A stretch of DNA of 64,000 bases, from NCBI GenBank assembly GCA_002315855.1, contig DCIG01000013.1, forward strand, positions 1,522-65,521, read 5' to 3'. Source of the DNA: Lentisphaeria bacterium UBA1732 (GTDB lineage Bacteria > Verrucomicrobiota > Lentisphaeria > Victivallales > UBA1829). Shown in pieces: positions 19,115 through 28,304 of the stretch. The stretch's first letter is position 1. The number at the start of each line of letters is the position of its first letter. The translations under genes were made by a program, and so were the position numbers. The notes under the pieces were generated by a model. It made no database searches, was not told the origin of the DNA, and saw nothing but the letters and a program-made list of their open reading frames with translations.

Positions 19115-20398
19115 TTACACAAGTGAATCACGGAGAAACGCGGCAATATCAATGATGGAATCAGCATTTTGTCCCAGCTTGAAATCAGAAGCCACAGCGA
19201 TACGGCAGGAACGCCCGTGAGACCCTTTCAGCAGGCTGCTGTCCTGCGCTGTCCCCATGGGCGGCCATACCGTCCAGAAAAGTTCCAGCGGGTCAAATCC
19301 CGGTTTGTTGTGAATATCCACATGAGTGGCGAAATCGGGAGCGAGGCGTTCATCGTCCCACCAGCGATAGGAAAACCACGCGTCTTCCTCCGCTTCCAGA
19401 ATCAATTCGCCGCAGCGGGGATGATTCAACTCTGGCGTTTCATCGCGGCGCATTACACGCGCCACACCGGGGAGAGCGGAGACCGTTCTCTGCACGTCAT
19501 CAAGGATGGACGGATCAAAACAATAAATATGGCATACCTGATGATCCGCCAATGCAAATGCACGGGAAGAATGCAGGTTCAGATAACTCATGCCGCCAGC
19601 TCTCCGGTCAGTCAGCCACCCGGCTTGAAGCAATGCCTGATTCGGATAAACGGCACGGGAAACAGCACCGATTTCATAGTCGCCGAGAATCAGCACGCGA
19701 AATCCGTTCTGCCGGGCTTCCCGCACGACCTTCGCGACCTCGCATTCAAACGCCGCAAATGCAGAACTTGTTTGTTTCGTACCGGGACCATACTTCTGAA
19801 GCGCATAATCCATGTGAGGCAGGTAGCTGAGCAGAAGGCAGTCTTCCCGATGTTCACGCGTCAAAAATTTCATCACATCACAGGTTGCCGCCGCAATCCA
19901 TTCAGTCCCGTGAATTGAGGGAAAAGGCCCCCAGTAATCCATCAAATTGAATTTTTTCCCGATGGAAGTGCAAATCTGCGAATACATCTCATCCGGCTTG
20001 CTGTAAAAACTCTGAATCATGCCGCCGTGATGCTTATGGACGGGGCCGGGGGAAAGATACAAATCGGATTCCGGTCCGGGGCACTGCTGAAGACAGATTT
20101 GACCTGTATAGCCGCCTTTTCTGCGGAAATCGCTCCAAAAGCGTTCCCCGTCATAAAGACCGGAAGACTGCTCCCAGAAAAAGGCTTTTCTCAACGGGCG
20201 GTCGAAATATCCGCTGGCCCCCATTCCATGAACCTTTACCGGAGCAGCTGTACGAAACGACGCCTGCACCGGACAGGTCAATGCGGGGAAAGGCGATGCG
20301 GCGGATTGAAGATTCAGTTCACCCCACACATCGTGTCCGGCTTCGGCATGGAATAGTTTATCCCCCAGAGCAGCACAAAACAGGACCAATGTTTTCAT
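19115..20398 (-). CDS. Alkaline-phosphatase superfamily protein (nucleotide pyrophosphatase/phosphodiesterase-like)
   Basis: LTCPVQASFRTAAPVKVHGM resembles the nucleophile-Thr motif of the PF01663-type family. VLILGDYE and SHGRS motifs are also present. Confidence 0.55.
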   Translation of the reverse strand: MKTLVLFCAALGDKLFHAEAGHDVWGELNLQSAASPFPALTCPVQASFRTAAPVKVHGMGASGYFDRPLRKAFFWEQSSGLYDGERFWSDFRRKGGYTGQICLQQCPGPESDLYLSPGPVHKHHGGMIQSFYSKPDEMYSQICTSIGKKFNLMDYWGPFPSIHGTEWIAAATCDVMKFLTREHREDCLLLSYLPHMDYALQKYGPGTKQTSSAFAAFECEVAKVVREARQNGFRVLILGDYEIGAVSRAVYPNQALLQAGWLTDRRAGGMSYLNLHSSRAFALADHQVCHIYCFDPSILDDVQRTVSALPGVARVMRRDETPELNHPRCGELILEAEEDAWFSYRWWDDERLAPDFATHVDIHNKPGFDPLELFWTVWPPMGTAQDSSLLKGSHGRSCRIAVASDFKLGQNADSIIDIAAFLRDSLV

Positions 20399-20400
20399 GC

Positions 20401-22845
20401 TTATTTCACTCCGTTCAAGGTTACAACGGGAAGATCGCCAAATGTTTCCAGATACAGGAAGCGGGCCTCATCGGAATTCGGGTCAAGCTCCACAGCCTGT
20501 CGTGCCATTTCTTTGGCTTTTTCCTTATCCTTGACAATCAGCGCCTTGCGGCCTTCCAAACACAAGTCGAGAGATTCGCGTCTTGCTTTTGATGAAATAA
20601 ACTGGAAAACCTGATACACCGTGTTCAATCCGCTCAAACCTGACGGCGGCGCAATTCGGTAGAACCAGCTCATTTTGTCGGGATCATTGAAGAAAAGGCT
20701 TACAGGCGATTTCGGGTCCAGTTTTTTTACCCCGGAAATGTAGTAATTGGAATATACACCGCTGTTGAATGCCGCACCTTGATTGAAAACCAGATAGCTC
20801 ACATCGTGTTCATCACAGTATTTCGCCAAATCTGTTTCGGTACCATGATACATCGCATTGATGTAGTCTTCCGTGCAGTCGCGGATTCGCTTCAGTCCGA
20901 ACTGCGGATTCATGACTACACCCGTCCCCGCGTATGCAAACAGCATCGGCTCTATCGTAATACCGGATGCCACCCCCTTGTTTGCCAGATGTTCTTTCGC
21001 AGTACGGAACCACATAATCAGCTGAGCTGTCTCACGCATTGCCACATCACCGGTATATCTGCGTCGGGAATCCAGCGACACCAGAAATTCCCAGATTACG
21101 AGGAAAATGAAAATACCGGTCAGAGTTTTCCGGATGGAACGCATCAGACGCGGTTTCGTGTACAGCATCGTATACGCTTCACCGGGAACCACTTTCAACG
21201 GAGCATAGCGGAATGCTCTCAGCCAGCATTGCAGAACCAGGGGAAGCGACACGGCGAGGAACAGAATCACAAATTCGTGGTAGCGCACGATATAAATGAA
21301 GCTGATGATGAAACCGCATGTGAATACCGTTGGCAGAAGAACGCGCGGCAGTGATTTGACAAAGCAGCTGCGCGGTATCCTGAATAAGGTTATCCCGATT
21401 ACCAGAAAGGCAAAAAACGACAGTGTCAGCGGAAGCTGTCCGAAGATAAAACGGAATAATCCGAAATTCATACGGCGTCCGAAAAGAAAACTTGGAAAGA
21501 AAGTCTGCGCAATACTCCACGTCGCCGAGTGCATGGACGGTGTCCACATGATACGCGCATCAAAACTCAGCTTGGAACTGTCCGCCGGCTTCATGTTGTT
21601 GAACGCCAGTTTTGCCTTCATGGTTTCGCTGAAATGACTGTAATTGGAGGCATATTCCGGCGTATTGCCGATCCATGCCCAGTTTGCGTAAAGAAGCAGG
21701 AAGAAAACGGGGACCGCAAGTCTCATCCAGCGTTTCACGGTACGCCCGTGCGCTTTGCGCCTGCGTTCAAAAACATACCACGCATAACATCCGCCCACGG
21801 CAGGCAGAACCGCCCAGACCAGCGGCGCACGAATCAGAGAATAAGTAACATTAAACGGCACTGCAAGCGCATTCAGAAGTACAGCCGCCGCGATGGTGCA
21901 CCACGCATAAAAACGAGGTTTGCGGAACGGACAGCCGCATACGAAGCGCAGAATTTCCACAAGTCCCCAGCAGGAGAAAATCATCTGGCACAAATCCCAC
22001 GTAACAAACCCCGTAAAGACGGTTGCAAAAAGAAGCGGATATTTCCAGATTCGCGGTTTACTGCAAATCCACTGCATCAGCACAAAGGACATGACAATCA
22101 GCGGAATGCAAAATTCTCCGCGCACCAAATCCTGTCCCGTCGCACGGGCAATCGCCGCAGGCGCGACCGCATGAAGAATCCCCCCCCAAACCGCCAGTTT
22201 AACCGGACAGCGCAGCAAAATCAGCCACAGGAAAAGAAAACCGGAAATCAGAGATACCCACAGCCGTATCTGCATACTCATCCACTGCGCCATATAGGGA
22301 TGATCCTGGAAAAGTTTTTCGCGCGGGGATGCTTCGGGGTCTTTGATGAGCATATTTTTCAACCGCCAGCCCCAGCCGAGAAACCACTCCAGCCCCATAT
22401 TCATCTGGGCATACGGCGGGATGTCTTCCATGTGTTTCAGCCGCACATCATGAGCTGGAACGCCTTTCCCCTCGGCAATATCCTGCGCATAGCCGAACAT
22501 CATGGCGCTTTCAATGGTGAATGGCGAAAAATTGTTGTGATGATACGGCAGAAACTGCATCAGGAAGGAGGGATTCTGTCGTTCTTTCATCGGGACCTCC
22601 CCGATTGCCTGCCCAAGCTCCAGCACCGAGGTATTATAATGGTATGTGCGCATGGCAAATGCAAGCAGCACGATCACGAAAAAGAGCAGTGCAATCACCC
22701 GGCGGCGTTTCCGCACGGAATATCCGGCAAAACCGGCTTTCTCCGTTGTTTTTTCTGCAATGTCCTCACACTCCGTATTTGCAGAGGATGCTTCTGCCGG
22801 ACTGTCAAATAACGTCCCTGTCAAAAATATTTTGCGATGCTTCAT
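20401..22845 (-). CDS. Large polytopic membrane protein with a C-terminal soluble domain and a TPR-like tail (possible GT-C-type glycosyltransferase)
   Basis: The 814-aa protein has more than 12 hydrophobic segments. The C-terminal ~230 aa are soluble and end in a TPR-like helix pair (KAKEMARQAVELDPNSDEARFLYLE). The function is inferred only from this architecture. Confidence 0.4.
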   Translation of the reverse strand: MKHRKIFLTGTLFDSPAEASSANTECEDIAEKTTEKAGFAGYSVRKRRRVIALLFFVIVLLAFAMRTYHYNTSVLELGQAIGEVPMKERQNPSFLMQFLPYHHNNFSPFTIESAMMFGYAQDIAEGKGVPAHDVRLKHMEDIPPYAQMNMGLEWFLGWGWRLKNMLIKDPEASPREKLFQDHPYMAQWMSMQIRLWVSLISGFLFLWLILLRCPVKLAVWGGILHAVAPAAIARATGQDLVRGEFCIPLIVMSFVLMQWICSKPRIWKYPLLFATVFTGFVTWDLCQMIFSCWGLVEILRFVCGCPFRKPRFYAWCTIAAAVLLNALAVPFNVTYSLIRAPLVWAVLPAVGGCYAWYVFERRRKAHGRTVKRWMRLAVPVFFLLLYANWAWIGNTPEYASNYSHFSETMKAKLAFNNMKPADSSKLSFDARIMWTPSMHSATWSIAQTFFPSFLFGRRMNFGLFRFIFGQLPLTLSFFAFLVIGITLFRIPRSCFVKSLPRVLLPTVFTCGFIISFIYIVRYHEFVILFLAVSLPLVLQCWLRAFRYAPLKVVPGEAYTMLYTKPRLMRSIRKTLTGIFIFLVIWEFLVSLDSRRRYTGDVAMRETAQLIMWFRTAKEHLANKGVASGITIEPMLFAYAGTGVVMNPQFGLKRIRDCTEDYINAMYHGTETDLAKYCDEHDVSYLVFNQGAAFNSGVYSNYYISGVKKLDPKSPVSLFFNDPDKMSWFYRIAPPSGLSGLNTVYQVFQFISSKARRESLDLCLEGRKALIVKDKEKAKEMARQAVELDPNSDEARFLYLETFGDLPVVTLNGVK

Positions 22846-24347
22846 GCCCGCCGTCTCCTTTCGCTGGAAGACCGGATGCCCAGTTCTTCCCTGTATTTTG
22901 CCACCGTTCTGCGCGCAAGGCTGAAACCTTTTTCTTCAAGCACCTTGCGAATCGTCTCATCGGACAGCGGTTTGAATGGGTCTTCGCTGTCAATCAATTC
23001 CTCAATTGCATTTTTGATTTGTTCAATTGTAACATCGCCGCTTCCGGTCTGCTGACCGCGGGCAAAGAAATCGCTGAAATGAATGGAACCGCGCGGGGTA
23101 TCCATATATTTCCCGTCGATGGCACGGCTGACCGTGCTGGGATCGACTCCGAGCTTGTCGGCAATCTCTTTCTGCGTGAGAGGCTTCAAATCCTCCGGCC
23201 CGTTTTCGATGAAATCATGCTGAATCTGCACCAGCAGCCCGGCAATTCGGACAATCAGCCGTTCGCGGGCATCCAACGATTTTTTCAGGTCATTCAGCGC
23301 ATTGACATTCTTCTGAACCTGTTCCTTGTCTGCCGTATTGACCGTTTCATCGTTCAGCATATCCAAAGCCCGCGTGGAAATCCACATCTTCGGATAAATG
23401 GCATCGTGCAGGGATTCCACATGAAATTCCCCCTGCTCGTCTTCGGTTACTTTCACCTCGCAGATGCATTCCGGTGCAACACTTCCGAACGGCAAATGAG
23501 CCACCGTAACACGGCGGAGTTCCTGTAAAAGACTGCCGAGTTCTTCCTGTGTCATCCCCATGGCACGCATGATTTTGTCAAGATGTCCGGCTTCCAGTTC
23601 CGCACTGTGATTTTGAATCAGCTCAATCAGTTTCGGATTGCACTTCGTTTTTCGTTTCAGCTGAAGCAGAATGAATTCCTGCGAATTGCGGGCGGCCACA
23701 CCGGCGGGCTCAAATGACTGAACCAGTGTCAGAGCCTTTGCCGCATCTTCTTCGGAGCAGTCCGCCAATCCGGCTATATCTTCCATCGAAAACACAAAAT
23801 ATCCGCGCTGGTCAAGATTGCGGATAATCGCTTCTGCCGCCGCCCGTACCCCGTCGGAACACTCTTCTGTTCCAAGCTGTTCCGAAAGAATCTGATACAG
23901 TGATACCTGATTTTGCAGGGAATCAATGAGAAAATCATGCCGTTCGGAAGCCTCGGATGAATTATCGTCATCCAGAGTTTCTGACTCCATTCTCTCTTCA
24001 TCGGAAAAATGGTCATCGTTATACTCGTCGCCAAACTCGTTCGGAACAGATTCCGCCGCATGAATCAGGACTTCTTCTTCCTGCTCTTTGCCGTCCTGGC
24101 GGTTTTCATCACCGCCCGTATTGGCAGACGAATATCCCGCACCGCCGCCATCCGAATATTCGGTTTCAATCAGCGGATAATCCAGAAGATAATCTTCAAT
24201 TTCCGACCGCAGAAATGGAGCACTGCATTGCAGAATTTTCTGATTCTGATATTGCGCCGGAGTCAGTTTCATCACATGTTTCTGCTCAAGAGCTTGTTTC
24301 TGTGTCTGATACTGCCCCAAAAAAGACTGATGATTGAAATCCGGCAT
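22842..24347 (-). CDS. rpoN: RNA polymerase sigma-54 factor
   Basis: The RpoN box ARRTVAKYREELGI and an HTH are present, with a Gln-rich region I and an acidic region II. The ATG at 24347 is preferred over the TTG at 24449 because a -10 hexamer lies at 24458-24463. Confidence 0.9.
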   Translation of the reverse strand: MPDFNHQSFLGQYQTQKQALEQKHVMKLTPAQYQNQKILQCSAPFLRSEIEDYLLDYPLIETEYSDGGGAGYSSANTGGDENRQDGKEQEEEVLIHAAESVPNEFGDEYNDDHFSDEERMESETLDDDNSSEASERHDFLIDSLQNQVSLYQILSEQLGTEECSDGVRAAAEAIIRNLDQRGYFVFSMEDIAGLADCSEEDAAKALTLVQSFEPAGVAARNSQEFILLQLKRKTKCNPKLIELIQNHSAELEAGHLDKIMRAMGMTQEELGSLLQELRRVTVAHLPFGSVAPECICEVKVTEDEQGEFHVESLHDAIYPKMWISTRALDMLNDETVNTADKEQVQKNVNALNDLKKSLDARERLIVRIAGLLVQIQHDFIENGPEDLKPLTQKEIADKLGVDPSTVSRAIDGKYMDTPRGSIHFSDFFARGQQTGSGDVTIEQIKNAIEELIDSEDPFKPLSDETIRKVLEEKGFSLARRTVAKYREELGIRSSSERRRRA

Positions 24348-24457
24348 GAAGCGAATGAGGGTTGTTGGTGAGCTGATGCAATGCTGAAAAGACAAATCCT
24401 GTCTTTCGCAGACATCACAATTATTATGTTGGATTGGAAATTGGTTCAAAACACCCT

Positions 24458-24486
24458 AATATACAGCAAAAACGCCTTTTTTTCAA
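24458..24486 (-). promoter_or_regulatory. Sigma-70-like promoter of rpoN
   Basis: On the minus strand: TTGAAA (24486-24481), 17 nt, TATATT (24463-24458). It is nearly identical to the promoter at 31350-31377. Confidence 0.55.
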
Positions 24487-24514
24487 GAGCTGATTTCAAA
24501 AGAGCTTGATTTCA
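24487..24514 (-). promoter_or_regulatory. Tandem copy of the recurrent motif TGAAATCA(A)GCTC / TTTTGAAATCAGCTC abutting the rpoN -35
   Basis: The minus strand reads TGAAATCAAGCTC-TTTTGAAATCAGCTC immediately 5' of TTGAAA. Confidence 0.4.
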
Positions 24515-24774
24515 CAGCCGTCTTTCTGCATTACCGGAAATCCCCTTTATTCCTTTTGGCAATGGCTTCATCTTTTCCCTTTCCGCTTTTTTTTCAAAAA
24601 AACACGCCCTTTTTTGCTCTGCTTATGTGAAAAATACCATCTTCCGTGCTATATTATAAGAATAAAATTCTGCGGTCTGTGCAAATAATTTTTTTTCTCC
24701 ACGAAAATTTGCACGTCTGAATTTTTTTCATTCTGATTACAACGTATTCACTTCATACAATTCAGGAGTTTACT

Positions 24775-27450
24775 ATGTCCGAAATGCCGAAAGCCTATTT
24801 ACCGGGCGACATCGAAGAAAAATGGTATGCGGAATGGGAGTCCGGCAAACGCTTCCATGGCACCCCTAATCCCGATAAAAAACCTTATTCCATCGTGATT
24901 CCACCCCCGAATGTTACGGGTATCCTGACCATCGGACACGTACTGAATAATACGCTTCAGGACATCCTCATCCGCTGGCACCGCATGAAAGGTGAAGAAG
25001 TCTGCTGGTTCCCCGGCACCGACCATGCCGGCATCGCAACCGAAAGCAAGGTGGACAAGGTGCTTCGCGAAACCGAAGGCGTCAATCGCCGCACCCTTGG
25101 TCGCGAGAAATTCATCGAACGCGTCTGGGACTGGAAAAAGCAGTACGGAGGCACCATCATCCGCCAGCTCCGCAAGCTCGGTACTTCCTGCGATTGGGAC
25201 CGCGAACGCTTCACCATGGATGAAGGGCTCAGCGCAGCCGTCCGCAAAGTTTTTGTGCAGCTGTACAACAAAGGTTACATCTACCGCGGCAAACGCATGG
25301 TCAACTGGTGCCCCGCCGCTCAGAGTGCGCTTTCCGATGAAGAAGTCATTTACAAGGAAGTCAACGGCAAATTCTGGCATTTCCGCTATCCTCTGACCGA
25401 CGGCTCCGGGTACCTTGTGGTCGCCACCACTCGTCCGGAAACCATGTTCGGCGATACTGCGGTGGCTGTGCCGATTGGAGACCCCCGTTACAGTCATCTC
25501 GTCGGCAAGACCGTCAATCTGCCTCTGACCGACCGTCAGATTCCGATTATCGAAGACGAACACGCCGACCCGACCAAGGGAACCGGCTGTGTCAAAATCA
25601 CGCCTGCTCATGACCCCAACGACTATCAGGTCGGCAAACGCCACAACCTCGAATTCATCAACGTCATGAATCGTGATGGCTCCATGAACTCCGTCTGCGG
25701 CAAATTCGCCGGTCTCGACCGCTACGAATGCCGCAAGCAGTGCGTCGCTGAAATGGATAAGCTCGGTCTCCTCGAAAAAATCGAAGACATCGTTCATAAT
25801 GTCGGCTTCTCCGAACGCGGCGGCGTGGAAATCGAAACACTCCTCAGCGACCAGTGGTTCGTCAAGATGGGCGAACTGGCAAAACCTGCAATCGAAGCCG
25901 TCCGCAACGGTGATATTAAATTCTATCCGGAACGCTGGACGAAAACCTATTTCCATTGGCTCGAAAATATTCAGGACTGGTGTATCAGCCGTCAGATTTG
26001 GTGGGGACACCGTATTCCCGCATGGTATCGCGGTGATGTCAACGATGAAAACCGCGAAGTGTACGTTGGCGAAACCGCCCCCGAAGGTGAAGGCTGGTAT
26101 CAGGAAGAAGACGTGCTGGACACCTGGTTCAGCTCCTGGCTGTGGCCGTTCTCCATCATGGGCTGGCCGGAAGATACCCCCGAACAGAAGTTCTTCTATC
26201 CTACTGATGACCTCGTTACCGGTCCGGATATCATCTTCTTCTGGGTCGCCCGCATGATTATGGCCGGCTTTGAATTCAAAGGTCAGCTGCCGTTCCGCAA
26301 CGTCTATTTCACCAGCATCATCCGCGACGATTTGGGACGCAAGCTCAGCAAGTCTCTGGGCAACTCCCCCGACCCGCTGAAAGTAATCGAACAGTATGGT
26401 GCTGATGCGCTCCGTTTCTCCATCGTGTACATCGCTCCGGTGGGCATGGACATCCGTTACTCCAACGAAAAATGCGAACTCGGACGCAACTTCGCAAATA
26501 AACTGTGGAACGCCTGCCGTTTCCGTACCATGCAGGGGCCCGTCTCCGATTCCTTCAACAAGCTCGCCATCCCGTTGGATAAACTCACCGCCGATGAAAT
26601 CCACATGCTCAACATGCTGGAACATGCCGCCGATGACATCAACAAGTCCCTCTCGGAATTCAAATTCCATACCGCCGCTCATGACCTCTATGAACTCGTC
26701 TGGAATAACTTCTGCGACTGGTTCATCGAATCCTGCAAACCCAGTTTCAACAAATCGGAAGAATCCAAGCAGCAGGCTCTCGCCGTTCTGGATTATGCCC
26801 TGTGGAAACTCCTGCGCCTGCTCCATCCGTTCATGCCGTTCATTACGGAAGAACTCGCTCACCTCATGGGCTTTGTCAAGGACGGCGATTCCATCATGAC
26901 CGCAGCATATCCGCAGACCGATCTGGCTCTTCCCGCCAATGCAGACACAGTTTCCGGCCTCGTCATGAAAAAATACATGCTGATTACCGCCGGACGCAAT
27001 CTGCGCCTCACCAACAATATCGCTCCGGGCAAAAAAATGGAATTCCATGTGTATCCTGTTTCTCAGGAACTCACTGATTTCCTGCGGACGGATGAACAGA
27101 CATATTCCATATCTGCCATGCTGAATGCTTCAAATATCCTTGTTAAATTCGGCAAACCCGAAGATATGAAACAGACCGCCGCTGCTGCCGGCATATCGGT
27201 TCAGTACTGCGATGCAGGTGCGATTCTGGCGGAACTGAAAGATCTGGTCGATCCTGAAGTTGAAAAGGCTAAGATGGAAAAACGCGTTGCCGAACTCAAG
27301 GGCTGGATCAAAGGCTGCGAAGCAAAACTGAACAATCAGAACTTCGTTGCTCATGCTCCCGCTCAAGTCGTCGAAGGCGTTCGCGCCCAGCTGACTGATT
27401 TGCAGGAGAAACTCTCCCGTGCCGAAGCCTCAATCAAAGTTTTGCAGTAA
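24775..27450 (+). CDS. valS: Valine--tRNA ligase
   Basis: HIGH-type motif PPPNVTGILTIGHVLN and KMSKS-type motif KLSKSLGNSPDP are present, with a C-terminal coiled coil. The protein is 891 aa. Confidence 0.95.
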   Translation: MSEMPKAYLPGDIEEKWYAEWESGKRFHGTPNPDKKPYSIVIPPPNVTGILTIGHVLNNTLQDILIRWHRMKGEEVCWFPGTDHAGIATESKVDKVLRETEGVNRRTLGREKFIERVWDWKKQYGGTIIRQLRKLGTSCDWDRERFTMDEGLSAAVRKVFVQLYNKGYIYRGKRMVNWCPAAQSALSDEEVIYKEVNGKFWHFRYPLTDGSGYLVVATTRPETMFGDTAVAVPIGDPRYSHLVGKTVNLPLTDRQIPIIEDEHADPTKGTGCVKITPAHDPNDYQVGKRHNLEFINVMNRDGSMNSVCGKFAGLDRYECRKQCVAEMDKLGLLEKIEDIVHNVGFSERGGVEIETLLSDQWFVKMGELAKPAIEAVRNGDIKFYPERWTKTYFHWLENIQDWCISRQIWWGHRIPAWYRGDVNDENREVYVGETAPEGEGWYQEEDVLDTWFSSWLWPFSIMGWPEDTPEQKFFYPTDDLVTGPDIIFFWVARMIMAGFEFKGQLPFRNVYFTSIIRDDLGRKLSKSLGNSPDPLKVIEQYGADALRFSIVYIAPVGMDIRYSNEKCELGRNFANKLWNACRFRTMQGPVSDSFNKLAIPLDKLTADEIHMLNMLEHAADDINKSLSEFKFHTAAHDLYELVWNNFCDWFIESCKPSFNKSEESKQQALAVLDYALWKLLRLLHPFMPFITEELAHLMGFVKDGDSIMTAAYPQTDLALPANADTVSGLVMKKYMLITAGRNLRLTNNIAPGKKMEFHVYPVSQELTDFLRTDEQTYSISAMLNASNILVKFGKPEDMKQTAAAAGISVQYCDAGAILAELKDLVDPEVEKAKMEKRVAELKGWIKGCEAKLNNQNFVAHAPAQVVEGVRAQLTDLQEKLSRAEASIKVLQ

Positions 27451-27481
27451 GAGTTGCATTTCCCCATTTTTCCATGGATTC

Positions 27482-27522
27482 AAGCCCCGTTTTCCCCAAG
27501 AACGGGGCTTTTTCTATTTTTT
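27482..27522 (+). terminator. Rho-independent terminator after valS
   Basis: The 10-bp stem aagccccgtt/aacggggctt is followed by a T-rich run. Confidence 0.75.
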
Positions 27523-27544
27523 CGAGAAAAAACATGGAAACGGC

Positions 27545-27572
27545 TTGACATTCTTGGAAAAAGCTGTATAAT
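27545..27572 (+). promoter_or_regulatory. Near-consensus sigma-70 promoter of rubrerythrin-perR
   Basis: TTGACA (27545-27550), 16 nt, TATAAT (27567-27572). Confidence 0.65.
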
Positions 27573-27575
27573 AAA

Positions 27576-27607
27576 ATGTAATTTTTACAATTTTGTAATG
27601 ATTACAA
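27576..27607. promoter_or_regulatory. Two adjacent 7-1-7 Fur/PerR-type operator boxes
   Basis: Box 2 is the perfect palindrome TTGTAAT-G-ATTACAA (27593-27607). Box 1 is ATGTAAT-T-TTTACAA (27576-27590). Both lie immediately downstream of the -10 hexamer. Confidence 0.6.
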
Positions 27608-27674
27608 GATTTTATTCAACCATCCCCATTCCAAAATAATCTCTCCCGAAAGGAGAAACAGAAAGGACACCATT

Positions 27675-28217
27675 ATGAAAAAGTATGTCTGCCAGATTTG
27701 CGGTTATGTTCACGAAGGCGATGAGCCGCCGGCATTCTGCCCGCAGTGCAAGGCCCCTGCCTCCAAGTTCATCGAACAGAAGGCTGAAAAGCTGTCCTGG
27801 GCGGCTGAACACGTGATTGCCAGCATCGAAGGCATCGATCCGGAAATCGTCGAAGGACTCCGCGCCAACTTCAACGGCGAATGCACCGAAGTCGGCATGT
27901 ATCTTGCCATGAGCCGTCAGGCAGATCGTCAGGGCTATCCGGAAGTAGCAGAAGCCTACAAGCGCGCCGCTTTTGAAGAAGCCGAACACGCCGCCAAATT
28001 TGCTGAACTCCTCGGCGAATGCGTTTCCTCCGAAACCAAAATCAATCTTGAAAAGCGCGTTCAGGCCGAAAACGGTGCCTGCGCCGGCAAGATGATGATT
28101 GCCAAGAAAGCCAAAGAACTCGGCTACGATGCCATCCATGACACCGTTCATGAAATGGCAAAAGATGAAGCCCGTCACGGCTGCATGTTTGAAGGCCTCC
28201 TGAAGCGTTACTTCTGA
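27675..28217 (+). CDS. rbr: Reverse rubrerythrin (N-terminal rubredoxin-like domain plus ferritin-like diiron domain)
   Basis: CQICGYV...CPQCKAP lies at the N-terminus, followed by diiron ExxH motifs ([18 protein letters not shown]). Confidence 0.85.
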   Translation: MKKYVCQICGYVHEGDEPPAFCPQCKAPASKFIEQKAEKLSWAAEHVIASIEGIDPEIVEGLRANFNGECTEVGMYLAMSRQADRQGYPEVAEAYKRAAFEEAEHAAKFAELLGECVSSETKINLEKRVQAENGACAGKMMIAKKAKELGYDAIHDTVHEMAKDEARHGCMFEGLLKRYF

Positions 28218-28244
28218 TTCGTCTTCGATTCATCATGGATTGTC

Positions 28245-28277
28245 CCGCTGCCGGATTTTCGCCGGCAGCGGATTTTC
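28245..28277 (+). terminator. Hairpin between rbr and perR (terminator or attenuator)
   Basis: A perfect 10-bp GC-rich stem ccgctgccgg/ccggcagcgg with a 7-nt loop, followed by ATTTTC. Confidence 0.5.
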
Positions 28278-28304
28278 ACAAGACGTCTCCTGCCGGAACT
28301 CCTC

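Noticed and set aside
24348-24449. N-terminal extension of rpoN from a TTG at 24449.
   Set aside because: The predicted -10 hexamer at 24458-24463 would leave essentially no leader. The ATG at 24347 gives a typical Gln-rich region I start.
24799-27048. A 749-aa minus-strand ORF.
   Set aside because: It is antisense to valS, with no domains, so it is a shadow ORF.
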